A stretch of DNA of 64,000 bases from an uncultured Thermoleophilia bacterium. GTDB taxonomy: Bacteria; Actinomycetota; Thermoleophilia; UBA2241. Numbering within the stretch: position 1 is the stretch's first letter; each line of letters opens with the position of its first letter. Below, piece by piece: positions 40,599-50,694 of this stretch. The notes under the pieces were generated by a model. The model saw nothing but the letters and a program-made list of their open reading frames with translations, was not told where the DNA came from and did not search any database. The stretch is from assembly GCA_963702475.1 (NCBI GenBank), contig CAVPCT010000002.1, positions 64,001-128,000 on the forward strand, in the 5' to 3' direction. The position numbers were made by a program, and so were the translations under genes.

Positions 40599-40692
40599 GC
40601 GTGAGCGCGGCCGGCGCGACGAACGGTGAGGGCGGCCCGCTCCCGGGTACCAGAGGGGCGAGGGAGTGGTCCCGACAGGTGGGGGAGGCGCC

Positions 40693-40860
40693 ATGGCCAG
40701 GTACGAGTTCATCTGCGAGGAGTGTCGCACCGACTTCGAGGTCATCTGCCACATGGACGAGCGCGAGGCCATGGCCGTGTGCCCCAAGTGCGGCAGCCAC
40801 AAGGTCACGCAGAAGATCACCGCGGAGTTCGCGTCGCCGCGGCCCAAGAAGTACGAGTGA
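40693..40860 (+). CDS. FmdB family zinc-ribbon protein
   Basis: YEFICEEC...CPKCGS. Confidence 0.85.
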   Translation: MARYEFICEECRTDFEVICHMDEREAMAVCPKCGSHKVTQKITAEFASPRPKKYE

Positions 40861-40954
40861 GCCCGGGGCGTGCGGCCGGCCGGGAGAGCCGCCCGCCCCG
40901 GGCTTCAGACCGGCTGGCCGGCCGGCCGCAGCGCGGCTGCCCGGCCGCCCGCGT

Positions 40955-42179
40955 TCACCTCACGCGCAAGGAGTTGGACGCCACCGAGGCCTGCCGGTTC
41001 CCGGCCAGGTCGGTGGCGTACACGTACCAGCGGTAGCTGCCCTTCTTGAACGTGCAGCGGAAGCTGTAGGTGCGGTCGCTGTTCATGGGCGTGTCGTCGA
41101 ACCGGAACGTCTTCACCACACGCCCGGACTTCTTCACCTGGATGACCGCGTCGGCGGTGGGGCTCAGGTCGGCCGGCTCGGAGACGCGGTACTTGAGCTT
41201 CGCCGTGCTCCCGCGCCGCACCGAGACCGCGTTCTGCGCCTGGGTCCGCGGCTTCGTGGTGTCGATGTTCACCGTGGCGGAGTCAGTGCCGGCGGTGTTG
41301 CACCAGTCCAGCGTCGGCGATGGCGGACGCCGACACCGCCGCCCGCAGCTGAGTGGCCGAGAGCACCGTGGTCGGCAACACCGTGGTGTTCCAGCGCACG
41401 ACCGAGCCGGCGATGAACTTCGTGCCGGTGAGGGTGAGGTCGAAGGCGGCGCCGCCGGCCACCGCGGACGTCGGGTCCAGCGAGGAGATCGTCGGCGTCG
41501 GCGGAGTGACCACGAACGAACGCTCGTTGCTGACCACGTTGGGGACGAGCGGCAGAAAGCCTTGGTTGAACACGGTGACGAGGGCCGCGCCGGGCACGAG
41601 GCTCGCCCCCGGAACCACCGCCGTGAGCACGGTACCGGAGTTCACGGTGGTCGGCACGGCTGTGCCGTTCCACCTGACCACGGACGAGTGCAGTGCGGGC
41701 ACGGGGCCTGAGCCGATGAACCCCTCGCCATGGACCGTGAGCGTGAGGTCGCCGTGGTCCGAGGCGCACGTCTCCGGGTCGAGCCCGGTGATGGCGAGGT
41801 CCGGGTACACGGTGAAGGCCCGCGGCAGCGTGTCGGTGTAGGGGGTGGCCCCACCGTACACGTACTGCTCCCCGTACAGGTCGTACACACCGTCGCACTC
41901 GTCCGGCAGATCGAAGGTGACGCTCGCCGAGTGCTGTGTCCACCCGGTCAAGGTGGTGCCGTAGAACCGCTGCACCGCCCCGACCAGGTCGAACACCGGC
42001 GTCGTGGCGGAGACGTCTGTGCTGAAGTCACCGGTAACGGTGACCGTCACGATGCCGTTCGCGGTGGCGCTCGCCGGGTCGACGCTCGTCACGCTGAGCG
42101 TGAACGCAGGGGCCGCCACGGCCGGCGCCGTCATCAGCAGCAGCAGGACCCCGGCCAGGAACGTGAGTCTGGATCTCAT
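40955..42179 (-). CDS. Secreted IPT/TIG (Ig-like) repeat protein, disrupted near 41300
   Basis: Signal peptide, PTISSLDPTS..G..FDLTLTGTKF repeats; C-terminal Ig-like domain (IDTTKP...YATDLAGN) in another frame. Confidence 0.65.
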
Positions 42180-42511
42180 CCGATCCCTCCTCGGTCAAGG
42201 CGCCCGAGGCTCGCCACGGCTTGTGGACCAGCCCGCCAAGACGACGCACCCTCTGTCGGCACCCGCGATGGTGCCCATGAGGAGCGGCCGCCGTGTAGTG
42301 CAGGCCGGCCCGCGACGCCGAGCCGGCCTGCACGCGTCGGCACGGCCGTCAACAGGAGAGTAAAGGTCCGGTTTCGCGGCGCCCGCCGACGGGTATCCCA
42401 GTTGCCGACGCGCACCCGCGCAGGCCTTGTGCTGCGGGTGCGCGGTACCAGATGGCAGGCTCGGCGCCGGGCTTCACGGCTCGTCCCGGCCCCCGACCAG
42501 ACAGGAGTGAC

Positions 42512-43024
42512 ATGGTACAGGTAGGGCAGAAAGCCCCTGAGTTCGCTCTCGAGGCCGTGCAGGGCAGCGAGTTCCTGGATGTCAAGCTCAGTGACTACAG
42601 TGGCAAGTGGGTCGTGCTGTTCTTCTATCCGCTCGACTTCACCTTCGTGTGTCCCACCGAGATCACCGGCTTCGCCAAGCGCAAGGCGCAGTTCGAGGCG
42701 CTCGGCGCCCAGGTGCTCGGCGCCAGCGTCGACAGCAAGTGGAGCCACCTCGCGTGGATCGAGCGGGACCTCGGCGATCTGGGGTATCCGCTCCTCAGCG
42801 ACTTCAACCGCCAGACGGCGGAGGAGTACGGCGTGCTGCTTCCCGCGGGCATGGCGCTCCGTGGGACCTTCATCATCGACCCCGACGGCGTGCTCAAGTA
42901 CGCTTGCGTGCACGACAACAACATCGGTCGTAACACCGACGAGACGCTGCGCGTGCTGCAGGCGCTGCAGACCGGCGAGAAGTGCCCTGTGGACTGGAAG
43001 CCCGGCGAGGCGACTCTGGGCTGA
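42512..43024 (+). CDS. ahpC: 2-Cys peroxiredoxin (AhpC/Prx1)
   Basis: FFYPLDFTFVCPTE, GRNTDE, CPVDW. Confidence 0.93.
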   Translation: MVQVGQKAPEFALEAVQGSEFLDVKLSDYSGKWVVLFFYPLDFTFVCPTEITGFAKRKAQFEALGAQVLGASVDSKWSHLAWIERDLGDLGYPLLSDFNRQTAEEYGVLLPAGMALRGTFIIDPDGVLKYACVHDNNIGRNTDETLRVLQALQTGEKCPVDWKPGEATLG

Positions 43025-43046
43025 GCGCGCAGACGGCGTGACGAGT

Positions 43047-43078
43047 GGGTGCGGCCGGCCGGACGGCCGGCCGCACCC
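43047..43078 (+). terminator. Perfect 15-bp inverted repeat after ahpC
   Basis: GGGTGCGGCCGGCCG-ga-CGGCCGGCCGCACCC. Confidence 0.55.
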
Positions 43079-43134
43079 GCGTACGGAGAGAGTGTGCTCC
43101 AGGTGAGCACGCTGTCAGAGGACGGAGGAGTGAC

Positions 43135-43431
43135 ATGGCCACCATCGACGACTGGTTCGACCGGCGGACCCTGCTGGACCTGGTACCACCGCCCGTCTAC
43201 CTGCAGGGCGCCTCGGCGGTGGAGAACGGCGCCGTGAGGGTGCTGGAGCGAGACGACCGGCACATCCGCAGCCAGGTGGAGGACTACAAGATCTACGAGG
43301 CCGAGTTCCATATGGAGGGCGACCGGCTGGCTTGGTCGTGCACCTGCGGCGAGGCCGACGGGCACCCGTGCGAGCACCTGCTGGCCACGGCTCTCTGGAC
43401 GTGGCCGGGCGAGGCCCCGGACGACGAGTAG
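43135..43431 (+). CDS. SWIM zinc-finger protein
   Basis: WSCTC...PCEHLLA (CxC-xn-CxH). Confidence 0.8.
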   Translation: MATIDDWFDRRTLLDLVPPPVYLQGASAVENGAVRVLERDDRHIRSQVEDYKIYEAEFHMEGDRLAWSCTCGEADGHPCEHLLATALWTWPGEAPDDE

Positions 43432-43445
43432 GCGGTACCCGCGGC

Positions 43446-43676
43446 ATGCCTCTGTACGAGTTCAGCTGCGATGACTGCGGTCACGCCTTCGAGGTGATGG
43501 CGCCGTTCGCCGACCTCGACGAGGCGTCGGCGTGCCCCTCTTGCGGCGGGGCGCACACTCGGCGTCTGTTCGGCGGTGTGCAGCTCGCCGGGAGGCGCGC
43601 GAGCATCAAGCCGGAGAACTTCGTGCGGCCGCACGGGCCCGTGACCGGCCGGGGCGGCGGCGCGCCGTCGTCCTAG
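43446..43676 (+). CDS. FmdB family zinc-ribbon protein
   Basis: MPLYEFSCDDCGHAFE...CPSCGG. Confidence 0.85.
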   Translation: MPLYEFSCDDCGHAFEVMAPFADLDEASACPSCGGAHTRRLFGGVQLAGRRASIKPENFVRPHGPVTGRGGGAPSS

Positions 43677-46444
43677 ACGCCGCCGTCTGCGCCGCCGACT
43701 CCGTCGCCGTCGGCGGGTGGCACGAGCTCCCGATACAGGACCTCGATCTCGCTGAGCCGCCCGGCGATGCGCGTGCGCAGTCCGGCGTCCTCCTCCTGGG
43801 CGAGCCACACGCTCAGCGTCTCGTGCTCGCCCACGTCGGGCATCTCGACCAGCTCCCGCAGGAAGGGGTGCACGTAGGGCCGCGATGAGTCCACGGTGAA
43901 CAGGGCCTCGTCGCGGGCGCGCGTGACCCCCACGTACACGACGCGCCGCTCCTCCTCGATCTCGGCGGGCGTCCAGCGGCTCAGATCGCAGTCGTAGTCA
44001 GGGATGACGACCGAGTGGTACTCGCGCCCCTTGGCCGCGTGGATGGTGCCCACCACCACCCTGTCGTCGCCGGATTCCTCCTGCGACAGGGTCTCTTCGG
44101 CCGCGCCCTCGTGTGCGCGTTCGTCGATCTCGAGCCGGTCCCACGCGGCGAAGAACGCTGCCGGGTCGGGGTAGGTCTCGGCCAGCAGCAGCAGGGCCTC
44201 GAGCACCTGGAGCGGGCCGGCGCAGTCGCGCTCCGTGCCGGCCGCGGAAGCTGTGTTGCCGGCGGGTGTGTACGAGGGGTCGCAGCCGTCGTCGCCGGGC
44301 GGGCCGCCGGCATCGCCGCCGGGGCCGCTCGCGGCAGCGTCGCGGTCCGGCCCGCTGCTGGCGGCCTGCCAGTACCCCTCCAGGCCGAACTCATCGACCA
44401 CGGCCCAGAGCAGCTCCGCAGCGGTGAGCGGCCGTGCGGCGCCGGCATCGAGGAGCGCCCCGCCGAGCCACTCGACCTGCCGGACGAGGCCGCTCAAGGG
44501 GCGCGGGCCGCCCTGCGGCTCGCGCGCCGCGGCCGAGAGCACCGCCGCCCACGGCCGCCGGGCGGCGGCGACGGCCTCCGCCACGGCGCCACGGATGAAC
44601 CGGTTGGGGCGGTTCAGGAGCGCCGCCAGGGCGGCACCCTCGGCCTCTTCCGGCGCCTGCACCAGGCGCACGTAGTCACGCAGCAGCCCGGCGGCAGGGT
44701 GCGAGAACAGGACGCAGCCGAGTGTGGGCGTGCGGGGGATGCCGGCGTCGTCCAGCGCGAGAGCGACCAGCAGCTGCTGCGAGCGGTACCGGCACAGGAC
44801 GGCCAGCTCCTGCCAGGCGCAGTCGAGACGGGCCTTCTCCGCGGTCAGGAAGGAGCAGACGGCGGCCGCGCGACGCGGCCAGTCCGGCGCGCCGGCGAAG
44901 CGCAGCGCGCCTTCTTGCGCCCCCGGCCGCGGCCTGATGTCCTTGGCCTCACGGACGGCGTTGTGGGCGACGAGCCTCGCTCCCGCCTCCACCACGGCTC
45001 GCGAACAGCGGTAGTTGGTCTGGAGTACGTAGGTCGCGGAGTGGGGCGCGGGCGGCATCCGCGCGGGGAACTCGAGGATGCCCCTCGGGTCGGCGTGTCT
45101 CCACCCGTAGATGAGCTGGTCGTCGTCGCCGACGACGAACAGACTGCGGCCGGGGCGCGACAGGATGTCCACGAGCGCCAGCTGCGCGCCGTTGAGGTCC
45201 TGGAACTCGTCGACGAGGATGTGGGTGAAGCGGTCCTGGAGGTACTGCCGCCGCGCGGGCTCCGCCAGCATGTCGGCCACAGCGAACCAGATCTGGTCGT
45301 CGAACGACTGTCTGCCCGCGACGCGTTGCGCCTGCAGGTAGCAGGAGTGTGTGGCCGCGAAAGGGACGGTCACCGGCGACGTGCCTTGGGCGGCCTCGAC
45401 CCGGACCGTGACCGTGGCCGGGTCGCACAGGGCCGCGCGCACCAGGGCGAGCGCGGCGAGGAAGGCCCCCACGGGGTCGCTGCCGCGCGCGGGCCGGAGG
45501 CCGTCGCCGAAGACCCCGGCCTCGTCCATGGCGCTCCGCATGGCTCGCCGCTGCGTGGGGCCGTCGAGATCGACCCTGATCCGGGCGCCGAGCACCTGCC
45601 GCTGGTACCGGTACCCGAGTGCGTTGAACGTCGCACAGTGGACGCCGGCCACCTCCGGCGGCCGGCCCGGCCGGCGGCGCCCGTCTCGCTCCTGCGGCGG
45701 GTCGAGGCGGCGCGTGGTGGGAATGCCCAGCGCCGCGAGGCGCTCCTCGAGCTGTTCGGCGGCCTTGCGGTTGAAGGCGAGGAGCAGGATGCCGCCGGGG
45801 TCGGCGCCGCGGCGGACCAGCTCGGCCACGCGGCTCACCAGGGTCTTGGTCTTGCCCGACCCGGCCGGGGCCAGCACGCGCGCCGGGCCGCGCACGTGTT
45901 CGACGGCTCTGCGCTGCGCTGCGTCCAGGGTGTCGTCGGGCGGGTCCGGACACCGGAGCGGCGCATCGGCACCGCCGCTCGAGAGGCTGCCTGCGCCGAT
46001 CCACCGCGGCGCAGGCGGCGGCGTGGCGGCCTCGCCCACACCCAGCAGCGTCCCGATGTCCTCGAGGTCGAGCCGCGCCGCGTCCCGCACGCGCAGAGCG
46101 CGCGGCGCGAGCAGCGTACGCTCGAACGGGACCCCCAGGCAGAAGGGCTGGCCGCTCGCCACGAGCGGATGGACGAAGCGCAGGAGCACCGCTGTGGCCT
46201 GCGCTGCGAACTCCCGCTCGTCGGATTCCCAGAACCACATGCCCACGGCGTCCCGGTGGCGCCGGCCCAGCAGGCCGACCCTTGGCTCCCCCGGGTCCTC
46301 GGTCCAGCCGTGGCGCCAGACAAAGCGCTGAGCGGGAGCTGCGGCGCGAGCCAGCTCGACGAGGTCGCGCCGCCGGGAGACGCCGAAGAAGACGAGGCGC
46401 GGGGCTGCCGGCACTGCGGACCGGGTGTGGCGGGCGGCTTCCAT
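43673..46444 (-). CDS. UvrD/PcrA/Rep family SF1 helicase with N-terminal extension
   Basis: APAGSGKT, AFNRKAA, DEFQD, VGDDDQLIYGWR, NYRC, TIHAAKGRE, EERRVVYVGVTRA. Confidence 0.9.
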   Translation of the reverse strand: MEAARHTRSAVPAAPRLVFFGVSRRRDLVELARAAAPAQRFVWRHGWTEDPGEPRVGLLGRRHRDAVGMWFWESDEREFAAQATAVLLRFVHPLVASGQPFCLGVPFERTLLAPRALRVRDAARLDLEDIGTLLGVGEAATPPPAPRWIGAGSLSSGGADAPLRCPDPPDDTLDAAQRRAVEHVRGPARVLAPAGSGKTKTLVSRVAELVRRGADPGGILLLAFNRKAAEQLEERLAALGIPTTRRLDPPQERDGRRRPGRPPEVAGVHCATFNALGYRYQRQVLGARIRVDLDGPTQRRAMRSAMDEAGVFGDGLRPARGSDPVGAFLAALALVRAALCDPATVTVRVEAAQGTSPVTVPFAATHSCYLQAQRVAGRQSFDDQIWFAVADMLAEPARRQYLQDRFTHILVDEFQDLNGAQLALVDILSRPGRSLFVVGDDDQLIYGWRHADPRGILEFPARMPPAPHSATYVLQTNYRCSRAVVEAGARLVAHNAVREAKDIRPRPGAQEGALRFAGAPDWPRRAAAVCSFLTAEKARLDCAWQELAVLCRYRSQQLLVALALDDAGIPRTPTLGCVLFSHPAAGLLRDYVRLVQAPEEAEGAALAALLNRPNRFIRGAVAEAVAAARRPWAAVLSAAAREPQGGPRPLSGLVRQVEWLGGALLDAGAARPLTAAELLWAVVDEFGLEGYWQAASSGPDRDAAASGPGGDAGGPPGDDGCDPSYTPAGNTASAAGTERDCAGPLQVLEALLLLAETYPDPAAFFAAWDRLEIDERAHEGAAEETLSQEESGDDRVVVGTIHAAKGREYHSVVIPDYDCDLSRWTPAEIEEERRVVYVGVTRARDEALFTVDSSRPYVHPFLRELVEMPDVGEHETLSVWLAQEEDAGLRTRIAGRLSEIEVLYRELVPPADGDGVGGADGGV

Positions 46445-46676
46445 CGGCGGCCCACGGTAGCAGGCTCGGGCCGTCGCGACGAGGGTGACGAGGGTGGACG
46501 TTGGGCGCGGTCCGGCCGCTCCGAGGGCCCGTAGTCGGCTGGGGCAACGCTTGCGCGGCGAGGGGGCGTGGGGCGTGCCGGGGAGGAAGCGGATGCGGGT
46601 ACAGTAGGAGCTATCGGTGCCGGTGTGAGGGCCGGGCCGCCGGCACCGCGTGGATCGCAGACGTACAGGAGGGGTC

Positions 46677-47729
46677 GTGTCTGCGTTGGAACGCTACGAG
46701 TCTCTTGCCGAGTTGGCCTCACGTGTGGTGGACGACAGCGTGCTGTCGGAGATGCTGCATGCGGCGGCGCGCTACGTGACCGAGGTCCTCGGCGCCGCCA
46801 GGTGCGACATCTACGACTACGAGGCGCGGACCGACGAGTTCGTCGTCGGCGCATCCTTCCACGCGCCTGGTGTGACCACGGAACACCCCGAGTGGCTAGG
46901 GACGCGCCACGACGCCGAGAGCTGGCCGCAGCTCGGCGACTGCGTCGCGCAGCGCCGGCCGGCCGTGCTGTACAGGGACGATCCAGGCCTTCCCGACGAG
47001 CAGGCGGCGCTCATGGACGTTCACGGCGAGGTGGCCAGCGTAAGCGTCCCGATGGTGTACGACGGCGAGCTCGTAGGTCTCGTTGACGTCGGCGAGAGCC
47101 GGCAGCAGCGGCGCTGGTCGGGTGACGACCTGCGCTTTCTTCAGGCTGCGGCCGATCTCGGCGCCGCGGCCGTCGCTCTCGCCCGTTCCCGAGCCGCCCT
47201 GGCCGGTCAGGCCATCCACGACGAGCTCACCGGCCTGTTCAACTACCGGCACTTCATGGAGCGGCTGCGACGTGAGGTGGCCGTCAGCCGCAGGTACGGG
47301 CACGACCTCTCGCTGGTGCTCATCGATCTCGACGGATTCCGCCTCTTCAACCAGTCCTTCGGACGTGAACGCGGCGACTCGGCGCTGGTCGAGGTCGCCG
47401 GCATCCTCCGCGACGTCACACGGGCCGACGTCGATATCCTGGCGCGGTACGGGCGCGACGAGTTCTTGATCATCCTGCCGCAGACCAGGGCCAACGACCC
47501 CGAGCCCGTCACGGCCGCACGCGTTGCGACCCGCATCCGGGAGCGCCTCGCCGCCCACCGCTTCGAGAGCGTCGCCGGGCAGCGCGACGTGGCCGTGACC
47601 GTGAGCATCGGGGTGGCCGGCATCGGCCTGGGCGGCTACTCGGCGGAGGAGCTGCTGAGCTGTGCGGAGAAGGCGGCCCTCCTGGCCAAGCACGACGGCC
47701 GGGACCGCGTCGTCACCTTCGGAGCCTGA
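46677..47729 (+). CDS. GAF-GGDEF domain protein (active site reads GRDEF)
   Basis: GAF, then DELTGLFNYR, DLDGF..FN, RYGRDEF, TVSIGVA. Confidence 0.88.
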   Translation: MSALERYESLAELASRVVDDSVLSEMLHAAARYVTEVLGAARCDIYDYEARTDEFVVGASFHAPGVTTEHPEWLGTRHDAESWPQLGDCVAQRRPAVLYRDDPGLPDEQAALMDVHGEVASVSVPMVYDGELVGLVDVGESRQQRRWSGDDLRFLQAAADLGAAAVALARSRAALAGQAIHDELTGLFNYRHFMERLRREVAVSRRYGHDLSLVLIDLDGFRLFNQSFGRERGDSALVEVAGILRDVTRADVDILARYGRDEFLIILPQTRANDPEPVTAARVATRIRERLAAHRFESVAGQRDVAVTVSIGVAGIGLGGYSAEELLSCAEKAALLAKHDGRDRVVTFGA

Positions 47730-47862
47730 GCCGGCCGGCGCCTGCGGCTTCGGGGGCGCCTCGCCCTCGGCTCCACCGCGGACAGCCCGCCCTTTCGCTC
47801 TCGCCCGAACCTGCGCCGTCGCGCAAACATCAAATCCCGGGGACGCGCGGCCGATACAGCCA

Positions 47863-48800
47863 ATGATGGCCGCGCAGCTGGAACATCTGGACTGGCTCAG
47901 GGGTCGGGTGCCGGCTGACGTCCGCGCCCAGATCCGCACAGTCGTCCAAGTGCTCGGCTGCATCCCGCACAAGCAGCCTCTCGCCGTGGTGACGGCCGAC
48001 GGCGTGCTGCTCGCCGCCAACAGGCCACTCCTGGACCTCGTGGGGTGCGCCGCGGACGACCTCCTGGAGAGCGACTGGGCCGACCTCATGCCGGGCTGGG
48101 ACGAGCGCGCCGCGCTATGGGCAGAGGCCGAGGAGCCCGACACGCACACGTTCGACGCCCACGTGGTGTGCGCCGGTGGCCTCAGGCGGTGGACGCACGT
48201 GGTCGCCGTGCCGGTGACGGCGGTGGAGCCGGTCCCCGCGGGTCTCGAGCCCCCGGTGGCGCTGGCCGCCTGGACGGTGTTCGTCAGGGACGATGGCCCC
48301 CAGCCCCCCATGGGTGGGGAGAAGGGCCATCGAGAGACCGTGGAGATGCTGCTTGACAGCCCGGGTGAGTACGCCGTGAGGCTGGACGCGCGCGGTGCGG
48401 TGGAGCTCGTCTCTCCCTCGCTCCGTAGGGTGTCTGGGGCGAGGTAGGCCGACCTGGCCGGCAGCTCGCTGCTCTCGGTCGACAAGGGCTTCGACGGTCT
48501 CGACGCGAAGGTCGTAAGCCTGTGGCGGGACGTCTCCGGTCCCCCGTACCGTGCTGAACGCGAGATGGAGCTGGACACGCCACGGGGCGCGCGCTCCACA
48601 GCCTGGACGTTCGAGGCGCTGCTGGGCGACGGGGGCGTGCTGCAGGGCGTGTTCGGCCTCGGCCGCGAGGTGACGGAGCGCCGTGCGGCGGAGGACGCGG
48701 CGCGGCACCGGCTTGAGCTCGAGGCGATGTCGTCGCACCGGCCCTACCGCCCGCCCTCGGCGTGGATCGAGCCCTCGCGGAGCTCGAGGCGGGCCTCCAG
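47863..48800 (+). pseudogene. PAS-PAS sensor fragment with in-frame TAG (48445) and no output domain
   Basis: Two PAS-like repeats; the same frame continues after the TAG (ADLAGSSLL...GREVTERRAAE); reading degenerates after about 48730. Confidence 0.6.
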
Positions 48801-48806
48801 CCGCCG

Positions 48807-48887
48807 CCCCTCGCTGAGTCTGCTGCCGTCGCTCACTGAGCGGTGCCCCTGCGGCGCACCCCTCGCTGAGTCCTCTGCCGTCGCTCA
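48807..48887. repeat. Two 29-bp direct repeats (2 mismatches), period 52 bp
   Basis: CCCCTCGCTGAGTCTGCTGCCGTCGCTCA (48807-48835) and CCCCTCGCTGAGTCCTCTGCCGTCGCTCA (48859-48887). Confidence 0.8.
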
Positions 48888-49982
48888 GTCGGCCGCCGGC
48901 GCCCGGATGCGGAGAGCCTGTGGCACGAGCTCCACCTCGAGCGGCAGGTCTCCGAGCGCCTCGCCGTCGACGTCCAGCGGGAAGAGCCCGCCGCGCGGCG
49001 CCCGTGCCGGCGGAGTGAGCGGCTCCAGTCGCAGCCCGCGGCAGGCGAAGTGGTCCACGCCCGGCTCGTCGGTGTGCGTGCCTCTATACACCGTGAGGAA
49101 CCGGCCGACGAGGCGCCAGCGCGTGCGCGTCTCGAACGCCACCACCTCCAGGAGACCGTCGTCGGGCCGCGCCATGGGCGCGATGTTCATGCCGCCGCCG
49201 AAGGTAGTCCCGTTGCAGACTGCCACCGCGTGCGTGTCGAGCACGCGCTCCGCCGACGCGCCGTCCGGCCGCACGTACCTGCAGCGGAGGCGCACGCGGC
49301 GACACACGACGATGCCGCGAAGGGCCGCCTGGGCGTAGGCGACGCGGCCGCCGAGGAAGGCGGGCGCGGCCGCTGCGTACCTGTCGACGAGGCCGCCGAC
49401 CCCGGCCGAGAGGACGTTGAGCCAGTAGCGCTCGGCGGTCCGACCATCGCTGCCGATGAAGCGCGCCATGCCGACGTCGACGGCGCGCGTTGTGTCCCCG
49501 GCGACGGCGGCGAGGTACGCGTCGATGCGCGGTGCGATGCCGAGCGTCCGCCCGAAGTCGGCTCCGGTGCCGGTGGCCACGAAGCCGAGGGCCGGCACCG
49601 GCGGGACGAGGGCCGGAGGATGCCCCGGCCCGGCCGCGCTTGCGGCCGCGGCGCCGTGCTCCCGGAGCCCGCCGCGCATGAGCCCGTCGACGACCTCGCT
49701 CAGGGTGCCGTCGCCGCCGACGCTGACGACCAGTGGCCGGCGCGCCGCGACCGCGCCGGCCGCCAGCCTGCTCGCCGCGTTCGGACCGGTCGTCGGCGCG
49801 ACGTCCACCTCGCCCAGGGAGGCGCGGAGCGCCTCGAGCACGTGAGAGAGGTCGCGTCCGGTGCGGCCACGGCCGGCGCTGGGATTGACGATGACCAGCG
49901 GCCGTGGGGCGTCCGCCGGCCCCGCGCCGGGTGACCGGGCGGGCTCGGCGCCCGGCCCATCTGTGCGCTGGCCCTGTGGCAT
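48885..49982 (-). CDS. Diacylglycerol/lipid kinase family (YegS/DgkB-like)
   Basis: IVNPSAGRG, GGDGTLSEV, GTGADF, NGTTFGGGM..AP.A..DDG, DVDGE. Confidence 0.9.
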   Translation of the reverse strand: MPQGQRTDGPGAEPARSPGAGPADAPRPLVIVNPSAGRGRTGRDLSHVLEALRASLGEVDVAPTTGPNAASRLAAGAVAARRPLVVSVGGDGTLSEVVDGLMRGGLREHGAAAASAAGPGHPPALVPPVPALGFVATGTGADFGRTLGIAPRIDAYLAAVAGDTTRAVDVGMARFIGSDGRTAERYWLNVLSAGVGGLVDRYAAAAPAFLGGRVAYAQAALRGIVVCRRVRLRCRYVRPDGASAERVLDTHAVAVCNGTTFGGGMNIAPMARPDDGLLEVVAFETRTRWRLVGRFLTVYRGTHTDEPGVDHFACRGLRLEPLTPPARAPRGGLFPLDVDGEALGDLPLEVELVPQALRIRAPAAD

Positions 49983-50062
49983 GGCCCGCACGCTACCAGA
50001 CGAGACGCCGCGGGTCAGGTCGCGGGCAGGGAATCCGCCCTCCCGGTGCGAACAGGCACGCG

Positions 50063-50689
50063 ATGGCAGTACCAGCTCCCGACGCAGAGGACCGACAGCC
50101 GCGCGAGGTCGCCCGTATCGAGGCGTTCAGCGACGGCGTGTTCGCCATCGCCATCACGCTGCTCAGCCTCGAGCTGGTGATCCCCGCACACAGGGACCTG
50201 GCCGCCGCCCTCGCCGATCTCCGGCCGGACTTCTTCGCCCTGGGCCTGAGCTTCCTCGTCATCGGCACGTACTGGGTGTTCCACCACCGCCTGTTCTCGA
50301 CAGTGGTGCGCTACGACAGTCGCCTGATCTGGATGAACCTGCTGGTGCTTTTCTTCATCGTGCTGATGCCGTTCAGCACGTCGGTCATCGCGGACTACGA
50401 CGGGCAGCCGCTCGGGGTCGTCGTGTACGCGCTGAACATCGTCGGCGCCGGGCTGGCGAGCGCCGGCCTCACCGTCTACGTGCTCACCGGGCACCGCATG
50501 TGCGCGCAGGCGGTCACGCACGGCCGCATCCGCTACGCGATCGGCCGCAGCTTCGTCGTGCCGTGCTACTTTGCCGCCTCCCTGCTGCTGCTCCTCATCC
50601 CCGTCTCGACCAGCACGGTGACGCTGTCGTGGCTGGGCCTCATCCTGGTGAACATCGTCGTGGAGCGGACGCTGGGGAGGTCGAAGTAG
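50063..50689 (+). CDS. TMEM175 family (DUF1211) K+ channel
   Basis: RIEAFSDGVFAIAITLL, YW..HH.LF. Confidence 0.92.
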   Translation: MAVPAPDAEDRQPREVARIEAFSDGVFAIAITLLSLELVIPAHRDLAAALADLRPDFFALGLSFLVIGTYWVFHHRLFSTVVRYDSRLIWMNLLVLFFIVLMPFSTSVIADYDGQPLGVVVYALNIVGAGLASAGLTVYVLTGHRMCAQAVTHGRIRYAIGRSFVVPCYFAASLLLLLIPVSTSTVTLSWLGLILVNIVVERTLGRSK

Positions 50690-50694
50690 CCGCC

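Noticed and set aside
48445-48447. Pyrrolysine read-through of the in-frame TAG
   Set aside because: Both MttB genes lack TAG, no pyl genes are in the window, and a GAG->TAG change explains it more simply.
48807-48887. Mini CRISPR array (29-bp repeats)
   Set aside because: Only two copies, a 23-nt spacer, no leader and no cas genes adjacent; the Cas4-like gene is 23 kb away and solo.
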